Of a stretch of DNA of 64,000 nucleotides, positions 12,499 to 22,863 are shown piece after piece. The position numbers were made by a program, and so were the translations under genes. How positions within the stretch are numbered: position 1 is the first letter of the stretch; each line of letters starts with the position of its first letter. The notes beneath the pieces were generated by a model. It was given only the letters and a program-made list of their open reading frames with translations, searched no databases and had not been told where the DNA came from. Source of the DNA: Lama glama (lineage: Eukaryota); the NCBI GenBank assembly GCA_028534125.1, contig CM052818.1:17176001-17240000 (forward strand), written 5' to 3'.

Positions 12499-14654
12499 CT
12501 GGCTGGCTGAGTTCTCAAGCCCATTAGAGTCATAGCAAGCAAGGAAAATGACAAGTTAACAGACATTCAGGTGTGACACTTTAAGAAGAATCTTTAACAT
12601 TACGCACTGATAGGAGACAAACGGATGTACCTGTTGTCATAAATAGGCACAGTCAATACAGCATTGGGAACCCTCCCACATTTACACACGCTTCCTCCCC
12701 TAAGGAATTCTCTGATTTTGCACTTATCACTTTCTTGCTAATAAAATAACTAGCAGTCACGAAACTTCTGACCTTGGGGAGAGATCTAACCATGGGTCAT
12801 TAGCTAACCATTTTCAATGAATGGAATCTGGCTGATTAGACTCTGGGGAGGAGGCAGGTCTGGGTACCATATTGAGTGATGGCTGCTCTTTGCTCTTACA
12901 TCATGTACCTCCAATGTCTGCCAAGTTCTTACACTTCTGGGATGTTGTGTCTAAGAACCAAGTCGAGTGGAGGCACAGAAAATGGGTGTAGGTAAAAGTA
13001 CTGACTCTTAGGAAGTGAAGGAACGAAAAGAAAAACACTGTCAATAAAGGGCCAAATGCTGAATGTGAGGGGAAAAATCAGATCAAACAGCAATAGAGGG
13101 AAGTGAATCCCAGCCAAGGACCAAAAGAAAGAGGGCAAGAAGTATAACCAACTGTGAAAGCAACCACAAGTAGACATATGTAAACCTGTGCAGGTTGAAT
13201 TTAAATTGGCTTAGGACAGTCAGATTATTTCAGAAAGTATTTTGTGTAAATTACTGAAATGACAGTTAGTCAAAAGTCCCTCTACCACATAAAAACAAAG
13301 CAATGGAAAATAGCTTTTAATATAATTGGAAATTTTTGTGAAAAAAATAAGCATTGCTAATACTCTGATACTATGTTTCACTGAAAAAATTATGAAACAT
13401 TTTTAATGATACTTTTTTTTGGTGGGGGGATGTATCTTTGCTCTGTTTTCTTTAGGTACTGAAATTTCTTGGTATGCTAATATAACTGAAGATATGACAC
13501 TGAGTTGAGTTAGATGACTTTCAAATGATTCAGGATCAGGGTGGGGTTCACAATGTCTTCAACCAAATTCTAGCAGCCAAACCAGCCAATGTCCAAGGAT
13601 CATAGGAGGATGTACGGAAAGGCCAAGGAGAAGAGAGAAAAGGAGAAAGAAAAATAAATAAGGGAACTGAGTACTAGAAGGACTTCAGTAGTCTGTCCAA
13701 CAAGAGACAACTGTTTGCTTTCAATACCGCAGGCCATCCACCCAGCCCCCTGGCTTCTCTCTTAGGATGTTACTGATGGTACAAGTTCTGTCCTCCTTGG
13801 TTGGGGTTTCTCTGAAGCTTAAAACCAGCCAGTGATGTAAGCTGAATTTTGCAGAAGGAACTGGTCTTTAAACAGAACCATCATTAAGATTAGAAACCAT
13901 CTCTTTTTGTTTCTTCACAGAAGTTAAATCACATCTAGGTACATGAATAAAAAACTAGTCTAGATAGAGCCGTTTTGAGAGATGGATCACTAAATAACTA
14001 GAGGAAGCCTGTTAGTTCAACAACTGCAAAAATGCTTTGAGACCAAATGTTGAAAGCCAGTTCCGGGATCAAAGGGACTCTTTCCAGTTTCAACAGTGAA
14101 GAAAGAAGTGTCCCTGCAGAATCTTGGCATCCTACAGCCAGCAAGGGCCATTCTTAGTTTTGATCTTTGAAAAGAGAATACATCATTTTAAAGCTATTTT
14201 TATAGGGCAGAGCTTTTTTTTTTCTTAGAAATGTGTACTTTTGAAACAGCTTCCCCCTCATTCTCTTAATTCAAAAGTATTTTGTCAAAAGAAAGAAGCA
14301 TAGGGTGATATCATCATTCTACCCCATTCTGGGCTCGATCTTGCAGTAAAATTGTAATGCTTCATCTATACAACAATGATTTCATAACAACAGGCACAAA
14401 ATCCAATTAAAAATAACCCTTCAGTTCCTAAAAATCTCTGTGGGCCAACTTCAAGCTCCTTTCTTGCATTATTAAAAATGTGGAGAGACTGATTTTGGAA
14501 GACAGTTTTAAACAAAAAATGCACTTAATATTCTCACTTTCAAACAATGTTATCTATGCAACATGAAGGGTAATGGAGAGTGCACTGGACAGGGACTTAA
14601 AACTTGTGGTTGTTAGTCCTTAATTGGCTCTTAAGAAAGACATTGGGAGCTGGT

Positions 14655-14855
14655 AAATGCTTATTATGTACCAGGCACTTTATGTATTAACTTATTTCAT
14701 CTTTACATTATGATCATTTTGCAAATGTGGAACCAAAGGGCCTAGAAAGCTAAAATGACTTGTCCCAAGGTCACACAGCTAAAATGTGATAGAAAAGTGT
14801 TCCATCCTAGGTCTGACCTACTCAAAGCCTGCATGTTTCCCCATGCATTATACTG
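14655..14855 (-). mobile_element. MIR SINE
   Basis: tatgtaccaggcact...cattttgcaaatgtggaacc...tgacttgtcccaaggtcacacagcta. Confidence 0.72.
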
Positions 14856-15440
14856 CCTCCCAGCGAACGTGACCTTTAGCAAGCAACTCAACTTCTTAGT
14901 TACCCCTGTCTCAGTGGAGAGGGTGGAAAAGTTGCCCTTTGTCATGACTTTCGGCTTGCTCTACAGAATGATCACAATGGCAGGGAATCTCATACACCTT
15001 CTGCATAAGTCCTGCTGGAAACAAATCTCTAAACAATACCCTGCACCTCTACCTAGGGACACTGAAACGGTTGGTACTAAAGGCATGCTATAGATCAGTT
15101 CAGTACTGGACCCACCCAAAATCAGCAATTTGTTAAAACATTCAGCTTCTGGTGGTCTCAACACTTCCACTTACAAGGTGAGGAGATTGGTCTAGAGGAC
15201 CTCTACGATGCTTCTGAAATCTCACATTCTCACAGACATTTGAAATGTATGGTAAACAGAGATAGCTTAACTGTTGAAATTTTGAATTTGAGAGTCATCT
15301 GTCCCCGTGTCAGAATTTTAATGGGAAAATTATCGTCAAGCCACTAATTATCTGAATTCTTTTTGAGATTTCTTTTTCCTTTGGGGATAGCAAAACATGT
15401 CTCACTGGCACTAACATCTTTCTCCTAGCTCTAATGTGAG

Positions 15441-15794
15441 TGTTATGGATGGACTGTTCTCGTGTTGAAGCCCTAACCTCTGATGTCATGGTATTCGGAG
15501 GTGGGGCACTTGTGAGGTGATTAGGCTTGGATGAAGTCACATGGGTGCAGGACCCACGACGATACTCATACTCTCATAAGAAGAGAGAGTCATGAGAGCT
15601 GTTTCTCTCCATCATGTGAGGACACAGAGAGAAGGCGGCCATCTACAAGCCAGGATGAGAGACCCTCACTAAGAACCAAACCTGCCAGCAAACTCGATCT
15701 TGGACTTCTCAGCCTTCAGAACCATGAGAAATACATGTCTGCTGTTGAAGCCTCTCAGTTCTCTCAGTTACAGCAGTCCAGGAAGACCAAGATA
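15441..15794 (+). mobile_element. Solo MaLR LTR (MLT1A/B/C-like)
   Basis: Starts TGTTATGG and contains catgtgaggacacagagagaaggcggccatctacaagccagg and gatcttggacttctcagccttcagaaccatgagaaata. Ends ccaagata. Flanks gtgag/gtaag form a 5-bp TSD with one mismatch. Confidence 0.85.
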
Positions 15795-18566
15795 GTAAGC
15801 AATATTTAAAAAATTCTTAAAGAAAGCCCATAGCATTGTTTCCATTTTAATTACAATCATTCCTTGTGGTTTGTAGGGGGTTATGCCTTATTTGTAATTT
15901 TATACTTGATTCTTAATGTATTATTTAAGTCATAGAGATTTTTTTTCTATTTGTTAGTTTAAAAAGCAGATTCAGAAAGGTTGAGGGTATTACTGTAAGT
16001 CATGGAGGTAGTAAGGAGTGATATTAAGACTAAGATCTTGAGATCTTCCATGTCCATTCTAGTGTCCTTTCCACAGCCCCCAAAAGGACTTGCAGATGGT
16101 AAAGGAGAGGTACAACACGGCTGAACGACCACAGCTGATATTTAACCAGACTGGAGCAAAAGTCAGCTCAATAAGTTAATGCTATTTTAAAGAATCTGAG
16201 AACTAGAAGGGGAATGAGAGATACAGAAGTTTGCTGAACCATCTACAAAGAACCCGAGATCCAAATCAATTGGATGATGTTCCCATAATCACAACTATTT
16301 AAGAGCAGAGTCCTGGTCTCCAGACCACCAGTCTAGTGAACTTTCCTTAAATTGTCTTGCCCGTGATATTATGCTGAACTAGAGTGAACTTGCCGAAGAA
16401 CATCAAGATCTGAGTCTATGATGTGGTCCATGACTGCTATTTGCTCTACATCAAAGGTACAGCTTAGTAAAAGTACCAGTTCTTTTCAACAGAGTTTATG
16501 CTATGGCATAAGTATTCTCTAGTTGGTGAGATTCACTGGGTTTTCTGGTGGCTCTGTAGCTAAAATTTATTACTAACAGATGGAAGTAAACACAATAAAT
16601 ATTTAAGCTTTCCTCAGTCTAGTTCAAGTTGATTGTCCTTTCACAACCTACCAATATATGAAGCTCAGCTATGTCCCTAAGACTTGACCCCTAAGAAGGG
16701 TTGGAGACAACCCTAGCTTGAAGTATAGAAGAGAGAGGAAGGGGTGTGTATGTAGGGAAAGGGTGTGGAGATCAATAGTCAGCCAGACAAATCCTTCTTT
16801 GAAATCTAGTACTTTCACAAAACCTAAATATAACCACTAAGAGATACACTTAATAAAAGGTGAGAGCTCTTTTCAGCCAGATTAGTAACCACAATTGTTA
16901 TTGACTTTTCTCCTCCATTTTTACTACGGGAGGGAATGGTGGAGAAAATTGGATTTTGTCTCTAGGTCTGTCATCCACTAATTATGTCACCTTAAGTAAG
17001 TAATTTATCTTCCCTGTTCTTCATATTTTTATCTGTAAAATGAGGATACTTGATAAGAGCATATCAAAAACACTCTCTTAACTTTAAAATTCTGTTATTA
17101 TTAGAAGGAACTGCCTTATACTGTTTTCCAACTTTGTGGCTACTTGAAAGAGTGCAATATGATAGAGAAGTTCCCTAAATTTCTGAGATTTTCATTATTA
17201 CCATTGTTAATTTCATCATTTTAATGTTGACACATGTAGGCAGAGGGCAGAGAGAACTTCAAAGAGAGTTATTCTAGACCTAGGATTACTAAACCTCAAA
17301 TGAAACCAGTAGGACAATATTGATATATGCTAGAAATGTGTTTATTAATTTACGTGGTCAAGTTTTAAGGGGGATAAGTGTGTTTATGTCATTTTAGCAT
17401 CCCTCACAGAATATAGCACCAAATTACTAATAATGATTAGGTAGGAACAGGAAATACACCATTCTGTGTACCAGGACAGTCCTTCTTTATGGACACATTC
17501 ACTTAGGAAATGAAACAACAGATCAAAAGGTTTTGTGGTGAAATATTTAAGTCACCTTTAAGAAACCCTTTCTTTTACCTATAAGAAATTGTTCTCTGAC
17601 CTGTTCAAGTATCAGATCAGAGCTGGGCAGTGCTGATCTCAGCATTGAGAATGTCCCAACTTAGATTTCCAAGGAGCTTACATTCTAATAGATCACAAAT
17701 AAATGCACAAATGATGCACAAATAAACAGACAGTTTAAATTCCCTTTTCTCCTAAACTTTTACAGTGAGTATTAAAGGAAAAAAGTAATGGAAGAATAGT
17801 TAAGAGCATAAGAGTCAGGAGACCTGAGTTTTAGATTCAACGTTGCCATCAAATCCAACAAAACCTTAATTACACTGTTCTAGTCTAATTCTTCTACTGC
17901 TCTTGATCTGAGTTTTCTTATCAAACAACAAAAGCAAAAGCTAAAAAACAATTTTAAAAGGCTATAAATGGCACAAACGAACTGCAACGTCCCTCTACTT
18001 CTAAAATGTAGTCACCTTTCCTGTTCTACAAATTTAGAACAGCAGCCTTTATTAAAATGTATGACATATGGGTGTGTATATAAAATTAGGTGTCTATCTA
18101 GATCAACTTTTTCAAGTACTAACAAGTTTTTTTTTGGCAGTTGACTTTGAGGACAACAGCCTCCCGTGGGAGGCAGGACCCGGTGGGGAGCTGGAAACAA
18201 GTCTTGTCATTGTGACAATAATGGGGAGAGAGAAAAGCCAGGAGAAACAGAAGCAAGAGCCACCGCTGCTGGATGCCTGAGTCGTGTTCCCGGCAGCAGC
18301 ACTTACACCTGTAAGTGGCAGGAGGATGTGTTTCTCAGGTGGTAATTACGACACCTTTGGCCTGCTATTTGACTTTGCCATGAGTTTCTGGTTGGAAAAT
18401 AATCACTTTAAAAAATAATCTGACCTCTGCTTGAAAGTTAAACGAACAAACACACTGAAACCAAAGGAGAGTAATTCCTCATTGAATGTTTCTATTTTAT
18501 CGTTCTCAATTTTTAGGTACTGGGCTGGGAGCAGAATTCTTTTGCTTTTATTTCTCATATGAATCC

Positions 18567-19066
18567 NNNNNNNNNNNNNNNNNNNNNNNNNNNNNNNNNN
18601 NNNNNNNNNNNNNNNNNNNNNNNNNNNNNNNNNNNNNNNNNNNNNNNNNNNNNNNNNNNNNNNNNNNNNNNNNNNNNNNNNNNNNNNNNNNNNNNNNNNN
18701 NNNNNNNNNNNNNNNNNNNNNNNNNNNNNNNNNNNNNNNNNNNNNNNNNNNNNNNNNNNNNNNNNNNNNNNNNNNNNNNNNNNNNNNNNNNNNNNNNNNN
18801 NNNNNNNNNNNNNNNNNNNNNNNNNNNNNNNNNNNNNNNNNNNNNNNNNNNNNNNNNNNNNNNNNNNNNNNNNNNNNNNNNNNNNNNNNNNNNNNNNNNN
18901 NNNNNNNNNNNNNNNNNNNNNNNNNNNNNNNNNNNNNNNNNNNNNNNNNNNNNNNNNNNNNNNNNNNNNNNNNNNNNNNNNNNNNNNNNNNNNNNNNNNN
19001 NNNNNNNNNNNNNNNNNNNNNNNNNNNNNNNNNNNNNNNNNNNNNNNNNNNNNNNNNNNNNNNNNN
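18567..19066. other. Assembly gap of exactly 500 N
   Basis: N run counted from 18567 to 19066. A round fixed length suggests a placeholder scaffold join rather than a sized gap. Confidence 0.98.
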
Positions 19067-19429
19067 TTATATTGTTTTCATTGTTTTTTACTTGCTTTTC
19101 TCTCAGCTGTTCTGATTGGGTGCTTTCTGTTGTCCAGTCTTCTAGGTCACTTACTCTGCATTATCTAGCCTGCTTTGTACAGCCTTTAGATCAGTTCTCA
19201 TTTCAGTCAGTGAGTTTACCAATTCTACTTGGCTCTTCTTTATAGCTTCAATTTCATTTTTGTTTTATTTTATATCTTTAAACACTATCTCTTTTAGTTC
19301 CTTCAGCAATTTGATCACTCCTTTTTTGAAATCTTGATATAGTAGGCCATCAATGTCTATCTCCCTGATCGTGCTTTCAGGGCATTTCTCTTGCTCTCTT
19401 AATTTGGAGTGATTCCTCTGTTTCTTCAT
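19067..19429 (-). pseudogene. Disrupted L1 ORF1p N-terminus / coiled coil
   Basis: From the ATG at 19429: MKKQRNHSKLREQEKCPESTIREIDIDGLLYQDFKKGVIKLLKELKEIVFKDIK*NKNEIEAIKKSQVELVNSLTEMRTDLKAVQSRLDNAE, then a frameshift to SDLEDWTTESTQSEQLREKQVKNNENNI. This has the SRLD-AE..SDLED hallmark of L1 ORF1p. In-frame TAA at 19267-19265. Confidence 0.88.
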
Positions 19430-19552
19430 ATTGCTCGTATCTCTCTGGCACTGTGGCTTATGGTGTATCAGTTATCTATTGTGGTCCTTAAGGAGTTTAT
19501 TTATTTATCTATCTAAAGCCTATGCAGGAATAAAACTTAGAGAGAGAGAGAG

Positions 19553-20245
19553 AATTTTAAAAGAAAGGAGAAAAAAAAGGTTTGAAAGCAGTGCATAATC
19601 AATAATAGAAGAGCAAGTTGAAGCAGAATAGCAATTGAGTTGAGATGTCTTTTAAAAAACTTAAAAAAGGAGCGAAGATCAGATAACAATATTTGAGATC
19701 TGTGTATAATCAATAACAGGAGATCAAAACCAAGAGAAATAAAAATGAAATGAGGTGGATCTTTAAAAGTAGTAAAGAGAAAAAATATTTTAAAAGAAAA
19801 ATTTTAAAGGGATTAAAACTGGAGACATACACAATTGTTTAAAAAGTAAATTTTTAAAAGGTGATAGAAAATAGAACAGATTTTAACAAAAGAGAAAAGA
19901 ATTTTAAAAGGCGGGAGAAAAAAATGTTTGAAAACAGTGTATAATCAATAATAGAAGAGCAAGTTGAAGTAATCGAGTTGAGATGTCTTTTAAAAACCTT
20001 AATAAAAAGGAGAAAAAATAAAAAAACAATATTTGATACCTGTGAATAATCAATAACAGGAGATCAAAACCAAGAGAATTAAAAGTGAAATGAGGTAGAT
20101 TTTTAAAAATAATAATAATAAAAAGATTTTAAAAGAATAATTTAAAAGGGGTTAAAACTGTAAACATATACAACTGTTTAAAAAGTAAAGATTAAAAAGG
20201 TAATAGAAAATAAAAGAGATTAAAAAAGATTTAAAAAAAAAAAAA
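19553..20245. repeat. Two imperfect tandem copies of a ~345-bp A-rich unit inside the L1 5'UTR
   Basis: ataatcaataatagaagagcaagttgaag occurs at 19595 and 19941; ataatcaataacaggagatcaaaaccaagagaa occurs at 19706 and 20046. Confidence 0.9.
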
Positions 20246-22847
20246 AGAGGACGTGTTCTCCTGGAGACTGTGCGTTCTTGATGGTTTTATCGAGAAGTCT
20301 TTCTGTCTTTGCCCTGTTTCGCAAACTCAGCTTGCTGTTTCCAGAGGCCCTCTGTTGGCACCCTCTTCTGTGCTGCTCCCAGTGCCTCTCGGCAAGAAGA
20401 TCGCGCTCCCTTCCAACACTGGCTCAGGTGCTGCTCTCCTTAGAGGTGGGCAGGTGGGTCACTCCCCCTCCCGATGCCACAGTGAGATGCTGTGCTGGGG
20501 GGTGGGAGGTGGGTGGATCACGTCCCCTCCCAGCACTGCGGTCAGGTGCTGTGTTCCTGCCAGGAAGAGGGGTGGTAACCCACCCTCTTCTGGCGCAGGT
20601 CGCTCCGCTGCTCTGTGCAGCTGCGGCACTCCACCTCAGGTTGGCACTCCAAAGGCGGGCTGGAGAAGACCGCGGGGGCAGCCCCGCCCCTGCTCCATTC
20701 CAAAACCCAGCTTCTTGTTTGTCTTGGTGGAGCGAGTTCTCTGAGGTGTCGGGCAGAAAGATCCTATCTGCCTCGGGCTGTAAACAAGTCTCAGTCCTGC
20801 CTAGGAGGTCACAGAGCCCCCAGGTGCGGATTCAGGTCTCGGCCCCGCCCCCCGCCCGAGGTCTGCACAAAGGAGGAGATGCCGGCTGTGGCTGAGCCCC
20901 GCCTCTCTTCTCGCGAGATGCGCCAGTAATGGCGGGCGCAGGTCTGAGGAGACAAAGGCTATGGCGTCTCTCCCCCCAGGGCACACCAGTAGTGTTGCTT
21001 TGCTTTTTTTTGTTTGTTTGTTTCTGTAATTTATGGAGGGCCAGGTTGTTCTGCTCCGTAACCCCTCCTAGCTGCGGCGCACAGCACCCTGCAGTCCCCT
21101 GGGGCCACCTCAGTGCAGCCGCCCCAGTCCTCTGCCCGGCTTGGGCGGCCTGCCCCGGTCCCAGCTGCCGGCTGGCGTCTCAGGCTGGATGTCACAGGGA
21201 CCCTTTGTGCCCGTTTAACTCAGTTCTCTCAGTCAAGGGTTGCTGGGGCCAATCTGAGCTTCGGAGGCTCCCTCTCCGTCCCACTGGCCTCTCTGTTGGA
21301 GAGGGGGAGGTTCAGCAAACAAGCGCCAGCCCTCCTTTGCCGCTCCCTCCCCGCAAGGCCGGTCCCGCACTGTTTTGCTTTTTCTTCCTTTTTTCCTTTT
21401 CTCCTACCAGATTTTTGGCGTCTTTGTCTTTCGAAGAGGGCGATGTTCTGTCGGAGTCGGTAGGTGCTCTGGTTGGCTGAATGGGTCCGTAGATGTGAGT
21501 TTTGGTGTATTTGTGGGAGAGGGTGAGCTATGAGAGTCCTTATACTCTGCCATCTTGCTTCTCTCTCTTGAAAATAGCATTTATGTAATATGAAGATGCT
21601 AAGTATTGAATTCTGACTGAGTGCATTTGTGTTTTTAAAAAAAACACAATTTAAATTTGAGGTAAATTTCCCAGGCAAATAAAGAGATGCTATATGAATG
21701 ACTTCTCCCCCTTTACATGGTGAAGTTCCTCTCTATTTAAAGAAAGTGAGAGCAAGTTCCTAAAATTAAAACTTAATTAATTTGTGAATTGGATGTGTGA
21801 TCCAATGGTGACAAAAACCCTAAGGAGCCCCCCCTTGCCACATGTGTCCCTGTCTAGAGCGAATGAGGAGAGAGCGTGGCGCCTAGGCGGGCATCTCCCA
21901 GCTTCCACAGCCACCGCCTCCCTGTGTGTGTGGTTAGAGGCACTGGTCAGATGAGGACTCCTGAGCACTGAGTCTGTGCTCAAGGGAGAGCACAGCTATG
22001 AAGAGGGCGGCAGGGTTCCCGCAAGGAAACGCTTTCTGTCCTGAAGAGAAGCCTGCTATCAGGGAACATATACAGGACAGACAACAGGATTACCTGGAGC
22101 CACATCCAGCATTGAAAGGAATCTGGCGTCACCAGGTAGAGTATTCCAGGAAGGAACCTTTAAGGGATAGCTGAATGATGAGTAAGAGCAACTGCATATT
22201 GTTCCCCTTCTCTCTTGGAGGCCCCCTGGAATTAGGGTGGCTTAACACAAGAGGACGTCTTACAGAAACTCTTCACTCTGAATTTAGCAGCACTGTTTCC
22301 TTTGCATGCTAGTCATGTAGGATTCAGCCATTCTAAGTGCAGGAAAAATGAAAGGGTGACCTATTTTGGTCAGTGATTTTATGTGTTTTTTTTTCCCCCT
22401 TATAGAATTAAAGGAAAATTATTATATTTATTCTACACTGCATTAAGGTCACTGCCATCCTCTTTAGTTCTTTTCAAAGTGAGATCAACCTACTTAAGGA
22501 CACCGGAGTCACGTGGTGGGGTTCGTGGAGTGCGTACTTCTGCCCCCCACCTCAGACAGAGCGAGGCGGTGATCATTTGAGAATAACATGCAGGGAAGGC
22601 CAGGTGTCTGCAATGTTTCAAGGGCACGTGCTCACCTAGATGCTGTGTTTCAGAGCCATGAACGAATGCAGTGTCTATGTCGAGGCCAAATTTAACTCAC
22701 TTTTGAATTTTAGTACAAATCCTGGCTTTGCTTTTATGTTAGAATTTTACTTTTGTGTTGTTTAGTTTTACCATTTCTGGCCCAAAGTGACTCCGTTCAG
22801 GAACATTGCGAGTATTTTTATTTATCGTGTTACAATACCTCAAAAAG

Positions 22848-22863
22848 ACACTAGAGGGCAGCA
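22848..22863 (+). promoter_or_regulatory. CTCF-like motif
   Basis: ACACTAGAGGGCAGCA versus consensus CCASYAGRKGGCRS; only the first base differs. Motif match only, no binding data. Confidence 0.55.

Larger units (their letters stand above)
19067..21569 (-). mobile_element. 5' portion of a LINE-1 (GC/CpG-rich 5'UTR, duplicated AT-rich spacer, start of ORF1), cut by the gap
   Basis: The minus strand begins GAGAGAGAAGCAAGATGGCAGAG (L1-type start with a YY1 core at 21549-21556). A CpG-rich tract covers about 20250-21550, and an ORF1-like reading frame starts at 19429. Confidence 0.9.

Noticed and set aside
18486..19245. Long ORFs of 209 and 228 aa in the track
   Set aside because: They run through the N gap and are artefacts.
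20253..21678. Cluster of 100-205 aa ORFs on both strands
   Set aside because: They lie in the GC-rich L1 5'UTR where stops are rare; no recognisable protein.
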